Shown: piece by piece, positions 9,315 to 20,099 of the stretch | Layout: each line of letters opens with the position of its first letter | Position numbering within the stretch: position 1 is the stretch's first letter | NCBI GenBank assembly: GCA_963793095.1 | Contig: CAWBYY010000008.1 | Location: 10,644-74,643, forward strand | Direction: 5' to 3' | From: an uncultured Chloroflexia bacterium | GTDB lineage: Bacteria; Chloroflexota; Anaerolineae; Anaerolineales; UBA4823 | Length of the DNA: 64,000 nucleotides | Notes under the pieces: model-generated | Seen by the model: only the letters and a program-made list of their open reading frames with translations | The model's database searches: none | What the model was told of the DNA's origin: nothing | Translations under genes and position numbers: made by a program

Positions 9315-10755
9315 ATGGAAAAAACCGATGATCAAAATCAAATATTAAACGAAGCCAGTCTGACCGTAGCACGTACAGCTCTGCCGCAGACACATACACT
9401 CTCTCTGGGAGAGCGTTTTGTTTCTGGTAAAGCTTTACGAAAAGAGTGCGGGCGAAAATTGCATGCCGTCTGGGCTCCGCCCTCCGATCGGGTGGATCCG
9501 ATAGACCTGCTGGAGCAGGACAACCAGGGTCGGATAGAAGAGCTGAATTCCTATCCGTTTTGGACGCATGGCTGCCAATCCATTTGCCTTCTTCCGTGGC
9601 GCAGCTTCTATTATGGCGTACGATCTGGCACGGACACCCTCAACTGATTTGAAACTTGTAATTTGCGGCGATTGCCACCTTTTGAACTTTGGCGGTTTTG
9701 CAACTGCTGAACGCAAGACCATCTTTGATATCAATGATTTTGATGAGACTTCAATCGCTCCCTGGGAATGGGATCTAAAACGCCTGGTAACCAGTTTTGT
9801 AATCGCCGGGAGATTTAACAGTTTCAGCCAGGAAGATTGCCGCATGGCAGCCTGGCAGGCAGCTAAAAGCTACCGCACCACAATGATCAATTTAGCTTCC
9901 ATGCCTGTGCTGCAGGCCTGGTATTACGCCATGGATCTGGAGCTGATTATCAACAGCATTTCCAATCCTAAAGTCAAAAAATTCTACACCAAGAAACTTC
10001 TCGACGCCAGAACAGAATCCGAACACGAAAAGGAATTTGCTAAACTGGCTTTTATCGCCGGCAACTCGCCCCGCATTATCGATCATCCGCCGTTGATCTT
10101 TCATTATGATGATAATCGCTCCGACCAGTTCCGGAAAAATTCGGAAAAGAGCTTATCCGATTACATATCATCCCTTGCTCCGGAACGGCGGGTGCTTTTA
10201 AGCCGTTTTAAACTTGCTGATGTGGCAGTTAAAGTTGTCGGTGTTGGGAGTGTGGGGACGTTTTGCGGGATTGCCCTGCTTATTTCCGGCAATGGCGATC
10301 CGCTTTTCCTGCAATTCAAGCAAACTAAACAGTCGGTTTTAGAACCGTACGCCGGCCCCAGCCCCTTCTCACACCCCGGACAGCGGGTGGTAGTGGGGCA
10401 GCGTTTGATGCAGGCGGCCAGCGATATGTTCCTCGGATGGTACACAAGTTCAGGGGAGCCTAAAACAACATATTATGTGCGTCGATTGAGAGACGCCAAG
10501 ATCAAACCGGTCGTTGAGCTGATGGCAGCGCCCAATATGGCAAACTATGCCGAACTGTGTGGGGAGACGCTTGCCCGGGCGCATTCCCGCTCGGGCGATG
10601 CGGCTGTTCTGGCGGGCTATATGGGTAAGAGCAGTTCTTTTGAGGATGCACTGGCGGAATTTGGCATTGCTTATGCGGATCAGAATGAACTTGATCACGC
10701 TGCCTTGTTGGAAGCAATTCGGGCAGGGCGCATCGAAGCCGAATTTGAGAGTTGA
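9315..10755 (+). CDS. DUF2252 family kinase-like protein, frameshifted near 9546
   Basis: ORFs 9315-9647 and 9568-10755 join as ...RIEELIPIRFGRMAANPFAFFRGAA if one extra A is removed. CGDCHLLNFG, FDINDFDE and KVVGVGSVG motifs are present. Confidence 0.88.
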
Positions 10756-10961
10756 TGTATCTATCTGGTTGATCCTATAATCCTTATTGAAATTGATTGT
10801 CTCAATTCTGCTGGCTGAACAGATTATCCATATCGCGAAAGCGGTTGAAGAAAAAAATCTTTATTACCCCGGGAGCATGTAATGTCTATAAATTGGAGGC
10901 TCATTAAATTCTCCAGGACTCTAAACTGCGCCAGAAATACCCTGGCATATAAGAGGGCGAA

Positions 10962-12179
10962 ATGAAAAAAACAATCGCAATTATCGGCTCACTGGACACT
11001 AAAGGAGAGGAATTTAAATTCCTGAAGGATGAGATCGAAAAAAGAGGCTGCGATACCTTTGTGATAAACGTTGGCGTGCTGGGTAAAGCGCCTTTTTTCA
11101 CCGAGGTCAGCGCAGAAGAAGTGGCGCGGGCTGGTGGAGCTGAATTATCAGGGCTGGTGGAACGGGCCGACCGCGGTGAAGCGATGGCTGTGATGACCAG
11201 AGGCGTCACTGATGTCGTCGTCAGGTATTATGAAGAGGGTAAATTTGATGGAATTATCTCGATGGGCGGCGGCGGCGGGACCGCGATGGGCACCAGCGCC
11301 ATGCGTGCCCTGCCGGTGGGGATCCCGAAGTTGATGGTATCCACTGTCGCATCCGGCGACACCAGCCAGTATGTCGGCACCAGCGACATTGTTATGGCGC
11401 CCTCTATTGTGGATGTCGCCGGGTTAAACCGCATCAGCCGGACCGTGTTCGGCAACGCCGCCGGCGCGATCTGCGGGATGGTCAGCGGAGATGTCGAAAG
11501 TGTCAGTAATGAAAAACCGCTGATCGCGGCGACTATGTTCGGCAATACCACCCGGGCGGTTGAAAATGCCCGCAGGATTATGGAAGAAAACGGTTACGAG
11601 GTGCTGGTGTTCCACGCCACCGGGACCGGCGGCAGGACCATGGAAACCCTGATTGAGAGCGGTTTTTTCGCCGGCGTGCTTGATATAACAACGACAGAAT
11701 GGGCGGATGAGGTCTGCGGCGGGGTGTTGAGCGCCGGCAGCGGACGACTGGATGCCGCCGGAAAAGCCGGAGTGCCGCAGATCGTCACGCCAGCCTGCAT
11801 TGACATGTGCAATTTCTGGGCGCCTGAGACTGTTCCTGAGAAATACGGAGACAGGTTATTTTATGAGTGGAATCCAAATATCACTCTGATGCGGACAACC
11901 CCGCAGGAAAACGAACGGATGGGAGTAATCTTCGCCGAAAAGCTCAATGCAGCCAGGGGTCCTGTAAAGGTCTTTGTCCCAATGGGAGGCTTTTCTGAAC
12001 TCGACTACCCGGATAAAGCATTCTGGTGGCCGGAAGCGGACCAGGCCTTTGTGGATGGGCTGAATAGTGCCCTCAACCCGGATATCCCGGTTTTGATATC
12101 GGAAAAGGATGTGAATGACCCGGAATTTTCGGGTCAGGTTGCGCATTCGTTATTAGATATGCTTTCAAAAGGAGGCTGA
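10962..12179 (+). CDS. Tm-1-like ATP-binding domain protein (UPF0261)
   Basis: [29 protein letters not shown] and VFHATGTGG motifs. Confidence 0.92.
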   Translation: MKKTIAIIGSLDTKGEEFKFLKDEIEKRGCDTFVINVGVLGKAPFFTEVSAEEVARAGGAELSGLVERADRGEAMAVMTRGVTDVVVRYYEEGKFDGIISMGGGGGTAMGTSAMRALPVGIPKLMVSTVASGDTSQYVGTSDIVMAPSIVDVAGLNRISRTVFGNAAGAICGMVSGDVESVSNEKPLIAATMFGNTTRAVENARRIMEENGYEVLVFHATGTGGRTMETLIESGFFAGVLDITTTEWADEVCGGVLSAGSGRLDAAGKAGVPQIVTPACIDMCNFWAPETVPEKYGDRLFYEWNPNITLMRTTPQENERMGVIFAEKLNAARGPVKVFVPMGGFSELDYPDKAFWWPEADQAFVDGLNSALNPDIPVLISEKDVNDPEFSGQVAHSLLDMLSKGG

Positions 12180-12181
12180 AT

Positions 12182-13015
12182 ATGGCAATACCGCGCCGTG
12201 AAATACTTAAGAAACTGCACAAACAGGCCGAACAGGGAATCCCGATCGTCGGCGGGGGCGCCGGGACAGGCATCTCTGCCAAGAGCGAAGAAGCTGGCGG
12301 GATTGACCTGATCGTGATCTACAACACCGGCCGCTACCGCATGGCAGGCCGGGTGTCCATCACCGGGCTGTTCGCATACGGCGATGCCAATGCGGTTATG
12401 ATGGAAATGGCGGGTGAGGTCCTGCCGGTTGTCAAACATACGCCTGTGCTGGCAGGGGTGAACGCAACTGACCCGTTCCGGTTGATGCCGTACTTCCTCA
12501 AGCAGGTCAAAGAGATGGGCTTTTCCGGGGTGCAGAATTTCCCGACGGTCGGTCTGTTCGACGGCAATATGCGGGCGGATATGGAGGCTACCGGCCTTGG
12601 GTATGACAAAGAAGTGGAGATGATCCGTCTGGCCCACGAGCTGGACCTGCTGACCACCCCGTACTGTTTCAACGAGGATGAGGCCCGGGCAATGGTCAAA
12701 GCCGGGGCGGATATGATTGTCGCCCATGTCGGTCTGACAACCGGCGGCACCATCGGCTCGCAGGCCGCGATGGCTATGGATATGGCCGTCAACACCACCA
12801 TGCGAATCGCGGAAGCCTCGCGTGCTATCCGGAAGGATATCCTGGTTATCTGCCACGGCGGCCCGTTTGATGAACCCGAGAACGTGGCGGAAGCCATGCA
12901 GCGTATGCCCGGCATCAACGGTTTTTACGGAGCGAGCAGCATGGAGCGCCTGCCGGTTGAAAGGGCGATCAAGGAGCAGGTTCAGAAATTTAAAGCGATG
13001 AAGCTGTCGGTTTAG
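12182..13015 (+). CDS. TIM-barrel phosphoenolpyruvate hydrolase-like family protein
   Basis: [34 protein letters not shown] and [11 protein letters not shown] motifs; usual partner of UPF0261. Confidence 0.92.
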   Translation: MAIPRREILKKLHKQAEQGIPIVGGGAGTGISAKSEEAGGIDLIVIYNTGRYRMAGRVSITGLFAYGDANAVMMEMAGEVLPVVKHTPVLAGVNATDPFRLMPYFLKQVKEMGFSGVQNFPTVGLFDGNMRADMEATGLGYDKEVEMIRLAHELDLLTTPYCFNEDEARAMVKAGADMIVAHVGLTTGGTIGSQAAMAMDMAVNTTMRIAEASRAIRKDILVICHGGPFDEPENVAEAMQRMPGINGFYGASSMERLPVERAIKEQVQKFKAMKLSV

Positions 13016-13080
13016 TTTAAACCATAAGAAATTCCGGGAAAAATCAAATCCTTTTTAACCAAATCAATCGCGAAAATAAA

Positions 13081-13109
13081 AACGACCCCGGTTGAATTCC
13101 GGGGTCGTT
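13081..13109. terminator. Bidirectional intrinsic terminator
   Basis: AACGACCCCGG-N7-CCGGGGTCGTT between convergent genes, flanked by A- and T-rich tracts. Confidence 0.8.
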
Positions 13110-13150
13110 CTATGTCTTTTTATGCCTGGAATGGTTGGATAACCTTCTTG

Positions 13151-14335
13151 TCATAAATGTTTCCGGAAAAATTCCACAGTCCGGGCCATTGCCTGTTGAA
13201 AGTAAGGGGAACTGATATTGTGGCCTCCGCCGGGGTAATTGTAGAATTCGTACTCCTTACCGTTTTGCTGCAACACCGCCACAAGGTCATACGTGTAACC
13301 GATGCTGACAACCTCATCATTCTGGGCATGGTGGAGCTGGATAGGGTTGTTGAGGTAATCGATATTTTCGGTCAGGGAGACCGCTTTCCAGTATTCCCCG
13401 CCTTCACCGGGCCGGCCGTACAGATCGAAAATCTCAGACGAGCGCCTGCGGGGAGGGGAACCACCCTGGTTTTGAGACTGTTCAGGAGGGCGGTAAGTAT
13501 TGTCGTCGATCCCGTATTTGTCAAAATCCTCATAGCTGTAAACCGCCCCGGCCCAGATCACTCCGGCTTTGATGTCCGGTTCGACCAGCATCGCCCGCAG
13601 GACCAGGTTGCCGGCCATGCTGTGGCCCCACATCCCGATCCCCTGGGGATCGACAAAGTCCAGGGTCTGCAGGCTTTTCAGAGCACTGATCGCATCGATT
13701 GTATAGCCGGGTGAGAAATATGACCCGGTCGGTTCGCCCTGCGAATCTCCGTGCCCGCGGAAATCAATCTTGAAGACCACAAAACCGCTCCACGCCAGGT
13801 AGTCAACGTAGGCGGCATATCTTTCCGTGGTGCGGTATTCAGCGGGAGGCACATAACCGTGGTTGAACACGACTGCCTTAAATCCGCTTTCCGGCGGTTC
13901 TGATGTGGGGATGGTCAGCAAACCGTAGTTTTTATTGCCTTCTGAAATGTAGCTGACAATGTGCTGCTCGTATGCGGCTGTCGGAGTGAGCTCTTCTTCG
14001 AAGGTAATCTCGCTTCCTTCGATTTCCAGCCCCCTGAGGTACTCTATGGTTATTTCCTCCCCGATTTCGAATCCTGACGCTTTTCGCTCTGTGGTTGCTG
14101 GGGTAGTTTGGATTGGATTGGCAGGTGGAGTGATTGAAGGTGCGGTGTTATGGGCGCCGGGCTCAATTGGAGAATCTGCAACAATTGAGGCTGAAGGGGT
14201 TAAGTTCTGGCTGGTTATTGGTCCAGATAGGGTGGACTGGCTTTTATTGATATCAGCCATTTCTGGGGATACACAACCCGGCAGGGAACAAAGGAATAAA
14301 AATGTAAAAAGGAAGAGCTGTTTTCTGGATTTCAT
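13151..14335 (-). CDS. Lipoprotein alpha/beta hydrolase (S9 peptidase-like)
   Basis: Lipobox LPGC, Pro/Thr-rich linker, GHSMAG nucleophile elbow, catalytic D (DEVV) and H (GGGHN). Confidence 0.88.
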   Translation of the reverse strand: MKSRKQLFLFTFLFLCSLPGCVSPEMADINKSQSTLSGPITSQNLTPSASIVADSPIEPGAHNTAPSITPPANPIQTTPATTERKASGFEIGEEITIEYLRGLEIEGSEITFEEELTPTAAYEQHIVSYISEGNKNYGLLTIPTSEPPESGFKAVVFNHGYVPPAEYRTTERYAAYVDYLAWSGFVVFKIDFRGHGDSQGEPTGSYFSPGYTIDAISALKSLQTLDFVDPQGIGMWGHSMAGNLVLRAMLVEPDIKAGVIWAGAVYSYEDFDKYGIDDNTYRPPEQSQNQGGSPPRRRSSEIFDLYGRPGEGGEYWKAVSLTENIDYLNNPIQLHHAQNDEVVSIGYTYDLVAVLQQNGKEYEFYNYPGGGHNISSPYFQQAMARTVEFFRKHL

Positions 14336-14449
14336 ATAAAAAAATTCCTATTTTGTGATGTGGATATTGTAAAGGTGAAAAATTAATCGTGATTAATCAA
14401 TTTGGGACTATCGCTTCGGGGATTTCTCCAATTGGCCAGCAAAGAACGC

Positions 14450-14563
14450 CGGCCTCAGTCGAAATGACGGGTTAGGCGTGTGTCATCTCGAGCCTGGCAG
14501 TAAAGGGGCGGAGCGGCTGAAGCAGCCTTTACGATAGCTGGCAGCTTTGGAAAGCTGCCCTAC
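14450..14563. repeat. Intergenic ~114-bp REP-like repeat, copy A
   Basis: GTCGAAATGAC...GTCATCTCGAG plus terminal hairpin GGCAGCTTTGGAAAGCTGCC-CTAC; colinear with 19939-20052. Confidence 0.8.
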
Positions 14564-14671
14564 TCTTATCTGGAAGCGTAATAATCTTTCAATAAAACCT
14601 GATTGATTCCATCAATCCCGGGTGAATATTGAAAATCAGCTCCAATCAGTAATCAAAAAGGGGTATTTTAG

Positions 14672-15517
14672 TTAATATCCTGATGAATAGGCTAAGCCAA
14701 GCGCATCGGGACCAGCGTGAATTCCAAGCACGGGCGTGATTTCCGAGGTTATCAACTCATCCGGCGCGTAGCGCTCGCGAATCCGTTTTGCCAGTTCCCA
14801 GGCTTGAGATTCTGCATCTGCATGGAGGACGGCCATCCGAATCGGTTTCTTTCCCTCCAATCGAGTTGAAACGAGTTCCAATAATCGCGGAATCACATTA
14901 TTAGGTTGTCGAACCCTCTCCACCATTTCAATTGGTCCGTTTCTTATTTCCATGATAGGGATAATTTTTAATGCCGAAGCGAAAAAGTATTCAATATGAT
15001 TGATACGGCCGCCTCGCTGTAAATACTTCATGTTAGGTGTCGCAAATACAACACCGGTATTTCTTTTTATTTCATCCAAAATTGGTAAGATTTCATCAAC
15101 ACTTTTTCCTGCCCTTGCTGCACGGGCAGCTGCGAGGACCTGAAAACCGTGTCCCATTGAATTTAAATCTGAACTGAAAACAGTAACCCGGATATCAGGT
15201 ACCATATCTTTTGCCAGATTCGCAGATTTGTATGTGCTCGAAAAGAATTCCGCGACGGTAATTGCAAGAACAGGCCTGTCATCAGCTCCCAAAGCCTCAT
15301 ACTGCTCTTTGAATAATGCTGGTGGAGGCCCTGAGGTCTTAGGGATCGTACTGCTGTTCCGTAATTTTTTATAGAAATCTCTCGGTCCGATATCGAAATC
15401 ATAGTATGTTTGCCCATCCCACACATACGGCAGAGGGACTACTTTGATGCTATATTCCTGGCAGAGCGCCTCAGGGATATTGGCCATGCTGTCGGTAACA
15501 ATCTGTAGGTTTTCCAT
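14672..15517 (-). CDS. DegV family fatty-acid-binding protein
   Basis: IVTDS, PKTSGP, YLQRGGRI and HAGP motifs. Confidence 0.92.
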   Translation of the reverse strand: MENLQIVTDSMANIPEALCQEYSIKVVPLPYVWDGQTYYDFDIGPRDFYKKLRNSSTIPKTSGPPPALFKEQYEALGADDRPVLAITVAEFFSSTYKSANLAKDMVPDIRVTVFSSDLNSMGHGFQVLAAARAARAGKSVDEILPILDEIKRNTGVVFATPNMKYLQRGGRINHIEYFFASALKIIPIMEIRNGPIEMVERVRQPNNVIPRLLELVSTRLEGKKPIRMAVLHADAESQAWELAKRIRERYAPDELITSEITPVLGIHAGPDALGLAYSSGY

Positions 15518-15523
15518 ACTAAT

Positions 15524-15553
15524 AATATATACCAAGCATGTCCTATTTGTCAA
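15524..15553 (-). promoter_or_regulatory. Sigma70-type promoter for degV, probably leaderless
   Basis: TTGACA-N18-TATATT ending 6 nt before the ATG at 15517, with no SD sequence. Confidence 0.5.
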
Positions 15554-15741
15554 CTTAATTAGATCCAGACTTCAGCACCTTGGGAGTTTGGTTGTAAGTA
15601 ATCCTACATAACTGATAGAAGAAAATCTTGAGTTTGAAAATTAAGATTTGATTAAATTAATCCTAAATAGGACAAATTGTATAGTAATTATGATAATATT
15701 GTAAAAGTTCAATTATTTCCCAAAGGAGAAAATTAAAGAAG

Positions 15742-16602
15742 ATGTTAAAAGTTGAGTTTTTGTCGAATAAGCGTACCATTCTGTTATTCACTGCCATGGC
15801 AGCGCTGACGTTGGTGATCGGCGCCTGCCAGTCATCCGGGGAGCAAGCTTCTTCGATCCCTGAGGTTGTCATAACAGCAAGTGATTATACATACGACAAC
15901 CCGGCTGAAATCCAGGCTGGCCCGACATATCTAAAGATGGAAAACGCAGGAGAGGAATACCACCATGTCCAGTTATTACGCCTCAACGATGGCGTTACAC
16001 TGGAGCAGTTCCAGGCTGCCCTGCAGCAGGGAGAAGAAGCTGCGCTGCCTCTTGTCACAATGCATGGTGGCGTTGGTGTCCTACCGAAGGGCGAATCCGG
16101 GCGGGTGCTGGTTACACTTGAAGAAGGCCAGTATGTGCTTACCTGTTTTGTTCCCAGTCAGGATGGAGTCCCGCATCTGGCAAAAGGCATGCTGACCCCT
16201 ATGAAGGTGGTTGCCAATGAATCAACCGAGGCGGTACAAATACCCGAAGCGGATGTAACGGTCGCCTTGAAAGATTTTAATTTTGTCCTCCCGGAAACTA
16301 TAAGCTCCGGTAAACAGACCTGGGAGATCAGTAACGAAGGTCCCCAGCCGCACGAGATCATCATCATGAAATTGGGCGACAACATGACCATGGCGGATAT
16401 CCAGGCTTACTTTGAAAGCATGGAAGGACCGCCGCCGTTTGAGTTTGTGGGTGGAATGCAGGGCCTCAGTGTTGGCGAGAGCGGTACCCTCGAGCTGGAC
16501 CTCGGCCCTGGGAACTACATCGTCGCCTGTGCAATCCCCGACCCGGCCACCGGGATGGCGCACTCAGACCTTGGTATGGTGATGCAGTTTGACGTCCAGT
16601 AA
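15742..16602 (+). CDS. Lipoprotein with two cupredoxin-like (type-1 copper) domains
   Basis: Lipobox IGAC; two repeats of N-x-G...H...C-x7/8-H-x4-M (CFVPSQDGVPHLAKGM and CAIPDPATGMAHSDLGM). Confidence 0.78.
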   Translation: MLKVEFLSNKRTILLFTAMAALTLVIGACQSSGEQASSIPEVVITASDYTYDNPAEIQAGPTYLKMENAGEEYHHVQLLRLNDGVTLEQFQAALQQGEEAALPLVTMHGGVGVLPKGESGRVLVTLEEGQYVLTCFVPSQDGVPHLAKGMLTPMKVVANESTEAVQIPEADVTVALKDFNFVLPETISSGKQTWEISNEGPQPHEIIIMKLGDNMTMADIQAYFESMEGPPPFEFVGGMQGLSVGESGTLELDLGPGNYIVACAIPDPATGMAHSDLGMVMQFDVQ

Positions 16603-16647
16603 ATAAAGCGATATTCAAAGCATCACTAACTCGATGTTCTATAATTT

Positions 16648-16683
16648 AAAAACTTCCGGCAATTCAGCAGCCGGAAGTTTTTT
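16648..16683 (+). terminator. Intrinsic terminator
   Basis: AAAAACTTCCGGC-N9-GCCGGAAGTTTTTT. Confidence 0.8.
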
Positions 16684-16838
16684 GATTCTGGTTTTGCAAA
16701 CTTTATAATCAGTTTGTTGTTTGTCTCCATGCCGAAAATCGATCCATGTGGCTTCTTTCATGGATATGACTTAATGTACCAGGAAATTTCGATAGGTTTG
16801 TGAAACATTTCCAAATTTAATGAAGCAGTATAATTGTA

Positions 16839-19800
16839 GTGGTATCCATGAATAACCCATCAAAAACAAGTATCCTGACCCTGACTTTTCTGTTCACAGA
16901 CCTGGAAGGGAGTACCCGGTTGTGGCAGCAGTTTCCAGAGGCGATGAAGACCGTCATGGATGAGCACGATGCGCTTCTAAGGGCAGCCATCCTGGATTAC
17001 AACGGTCAGATCGTCAAAACCACCGGGGATGGTTTTCATGCTGCCTTTACTTCTGCCCGGGACTGTTTGAATGCATGCATCCATGCTCAACTACGCCTGG
17101 TGGAAGAGGATTGGCAGGGGATAGGCCCGCTGAGGGTGCGGATGGGAATCCATACAGGGGAGGCGCAGCCGCGAGGGGGCGACTATTACGGCACGGCAGT
17201 CAACCGTGCAGCCAGATTGATGTCAGCTGCAAGCGGTGGACAGGTGCTCCTGTCGGCAGCGGTGACGGGGATACTGGTCGACGATCTGCCTGATGGCGTT
17301 TCATTTCGTGATCTGGGAGAGCACCGCCTCAAAGATCTGGGGCTCCCGGAGCATATTTACCAACTTGTATACCCGGAGCTGCCAGCTGACTTCCCTGCTA
17401 TCGCTTCGCTTAACCAGGTGCCGAATAATTTGCCCTCCCAACCTTCGGTCTTTATCGGACGGCAGGCAGAGCTGCTTGAGATCAACAAACTGCTGTCCAC
17501 TGATACGGTGAGGCTTGTCACACTGGTGGGACCAGGGGGGACAGGTAAGACGCGCCTGGCTCTGCAACTGGGGGCTGAAATTGCAGATCGATTTGCCGAT
17601 GGGACTTTTTTCATCGACCTGGCTCCCATCCGTGATCCGAATTCCGTTCTGGCAAGTATCGCCAGGACGATTGGGTTGTATGAATCGAGTAATGGTTCTA
17701 TGCTGGAGCACCTGAAGGAACAGCTGCGGGAAAAAGCCATACTGCTGTTACTGGACAACTTCGAACAGGTGACATCGGCTGCCCAGCCTGTAGCGGAATT
17801 GCTTAATTTTTGCCCGAAATTAAAACTGCTGGCAACAAGCCGTGAAGCCCTGCGTGTGAGGGGTGAACACCTTTACCCTGTCTCGCCGCTTGGATTGCCA
17901 GGTTCAGACACCAGACGACCAACGCTGCCGGAGTTAGTTAAATATGAGGCGGTTCAATTGTTTATCGAACGCGCTCAGGTAGTGAGACCAAACTTCGAAA
18001 TAACCCTTGAGAATGCGGAAGCGATTGCTGAACTGTGCCTGCGATTGGACGGGCTCCCGCTGGCGATCGAGCTAGCTGCAGCGCGCATTCGCATGTTCTC
18101 CCCTCAAACCCTTCAGCAGCAGCTGGATAACCGCTTAAAACTGCTTGGAAGAGGCGCCCGGGATTTACCCGAGCGCCAGCAAACACTTCGCCACACAATT
18201 GATTGGAGCTACGAATTATTGTCAGACCACGAGAAGACATTATTTGAATTGGTATCTGTATTCTCGGGCTGTAATTTTGAGGCAGTAGAAGCGCTGGTAA
18301 GTGCAATCGAACCTCTCAGCAGAAGCGAGCTGGACGTTGTTGAAGGTTTGGTGTCGCTGGTTGATAAGAGCTTGATTCAAATGTTTGACGAAGGTAAAGG
18401 AGAACCAAGGCTGCGGATGCTTGAGACAATCAGGGAATACGCAAGCGACTGTCTGAAGGCAGATCCTGATCTCTACGTGGCCGCCAGCCGGGCGCACGCA
18501 GCCTATTTTGCCGACCTAACCCAGCAGCAGTGGCAGCGCATGGCTGGTTATGAACGTGAAACAGCGATGGAAGAGATGACGGTCGACATTGAAAATCTCA
18601 AGATCGCCTGGCGCTACTGGGCAGCCGAAAGGGATTTAGCCCAACTTAACACAATGGTAAACGGTCTCTGGCTGTTTTATGACCGGCGCGGCTGGTTCCA
18701 GGAAACCATTGGATTGACCACTGATTTGCTGGATATCCTCTCCTCGACGCCTACCTCACCTGAGCAAGCCCGGCAGGAGATAATGCTGCAGACCAGTCTG
18801 GCCAGGGCTCTGATGGCGATTAAAGGCATAACACCAGAAGTCGAAGAAGCCTATACCCGGGCATTACAGCTTAGCGAGGGACAGGGCGAGATTCCGCAGC
18901 TTTTTCCCGTTTTGCGGGGGTTATCAAGCTATTATATGTACAGGGCTGAATTTGATAAAGGCTTCCGGATCGGCGAGAGACTGCTCGAGCTGGCCGAGAG
19001 CAGAGACGATGACAATCTGCGGTTACATGGTTACCTGGTCCTGGGGGCAAATAAAGGATTCCTTGGTGATTTAAAGAATGGCCTGGAGCTGTTGGACAGG
19101 GGAATTTCCCTGTTTGAAAGTGGCCAGAAGAGCATTCAGCCCTTCCAGCTTGGAAATAATCCAGGCGTTGTGTGCTATACAACCTCAGCTTTCTTTTTAT
19201 ACTGGCTTGGTTATCCGGATCGGGCTGTTGAACGGGCGAACCGAGCGATTGAAATTGCGGAAATTCTTAATCATCCATTTACGATGGCATACGCCCTCTT
19301 TCATACCGCCAGTCTGCACATGTGGAGAGGGGAGACGGAACTCGCCCGGGAAAGGGCAAAGCTGCTGCTGGAGGTAGCCCGGGAGCAGGAGTATCAAATA
19401 TGGGAATCCCTGGCAACGATGCTGAATGGCGCAACCCAGATGACTTTGGACTCACCCCGGGAGGGTCTGGCAATGATTGAGAAGGGGTTCGCCGTATATC
19501 AGGAATTCAAAACCCCACCTGTGTTTTATCCACAACTGATAGGCATGCGGGCTGGGGCATTCGCCCAGGCAGGTCAGCCATCACAAGGGCTTGAATTGAT
19601 CGAAGGTATGCTGAAGGATGTTAATGAAGCCCGCCAACTGAGTGATTTCGCCCAGCTGCTCCTGATCAAGGCTGAGCTGATGCAGGCTGTTTCACCTGAG
19701 AACAGAACCGAGGCCGTAAAAATTATAAAAATGATTCTGGCCAATCCCGGAAATATGGGCGGCAAGATTCTTACCCTGCAGGCCGCGACCCTGTTGTGCA

Positions 19801-19934
19801 TGCTGGAGATGCAGGATGGGGTCGCCAGAGAGAGCGGCGCATACCTGAAAGAGATCTATGACACCTTCACGGAGGGGTTTGAGACAGCCGATTTGAGAAG
19901 GGCAAAGGCTGTCCTGGATGAGTGGCAGGGCTGA
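16839..19934 (+). CDS. Class III adenylate/guanylate cyclase-STAND ATPase-TPR protein
   Basis: FTDLEGST, KTTGDG and GTAVNRAARL cyclase motifs; GPGGTGKT, LLLDNFE and GLPLAIELAA NB-ARC motifs; helical repeat C-terminus. Confidence 0.92.
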   Translation: MVSMNNPSKTSILTLTFLFTDLEGSTRLWQQFPEAMKTVMDEHDALLRAAILDYNGQIVKTTGDGFHAAFTSARDCLNACIHAQLRLVEEDWQGIGPLRVRMGIHTGEAQPRGGDYYGTAVNRAARLMSAASGGQVLLSAAVTGILVDDLPDGVSFRDLGEHRLKDLGLPEHIYQLVYPELPADFPAIASLNQVPNNLPSQPSVFIGRQAELLEINKLLSTDTVRLVTLVGPGGTGKTRLALQLGAEIADRFADGTFFIDLAPIRDPNSVLASIARTIGLYESSNGSMLEHLKEQLREKAILLLLDNFEQVTSAAQPVAELLNFCPKLKLLATSREALRVRGEHLYPVSPLGLPGSDTRRPTLPELVKYEAVQLFIERAQVVRPNFEITLENAEAIAELCLRLDGLPLAIELAAARIRMFSPQTLQQQLDNRLKLLGRGARDLPERQQTLRHTIDWSYELLSDHEKTLFELVSVFSGCNFEAVEALVSAIEPLSRSELDVVEGLVSLVDKSLIQMFDEGKGEPRLRMLETIREYASDCLKADPDLYVAASRAHAAYFADLTQQQWQRMAGYERETAMEEMTVDIENLKIAWRYWAAERDLAQLNTMVNGLWLFYDRRGWFQETIGLTTDLLDILSSTPTSPEQARQEIMLQTSLARALMAIKGITPEVEEAYTRALQLSEGQGEIPQLFPVLRGLSSYYMYRAEFDKGFRIGERLLELAESRDDDNLRLHGYLVLGANKGFLGDLKNGLELLDRGISLFESGQKSIQPFQLGNNPGVVCYTTSAFFLYWLGYPDRAVERANRAIEIAEILNHPFTMAYALFHTASLHMWRGETELARERAKLLLEVAREQEYQIWESLATMLNGATQMTLDSPREGLAMIEKGFAVYQEFKTPPVFYPQLIGMRAGAFAQAGQPSQGLELIEGMLKDVNEARQLSDFAQLLLIKAELMQAVSPENRTEAVKIIKMILANPGNMGGKILTLQAATLLCMLEMQDGVARESGAYLKEIYDTFTEGFETADLRRAKAVLDEWQG

Positions 19935-19938
19935 AAAA

Positions 19939-20052
19939 CGGCCTCCGTCGAAATGACGGATTGGTAGGCTGTCATCTCGAGCTGGGCAGCGAAGATGATA
20001 AATGGCTGAAGCAATCTTTAAGATGGCTGGCGGCTTTGGAAAGCCGCCCTTC
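19939..20052. repeat. Intergenic ~114-bp REP-like repeat, copy B
   Basis: Colinear with 14450-14563; hairpin GGCGGCTTTGGAAAGCCGCC. Confidence 0.8.
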
Positions 20053-20099
20053 AGGAGACTACCGGAAGTTTTTAGATTATGGATTTTTCTGTTTGATGC

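Noticed and set aside
14604-14616. FNR-like box TTGAT-TCC-ATCAA
   Set aside because: The spacer is 3 nt rather than 4, and the site lies just 3' of degV with no clear promoter context.
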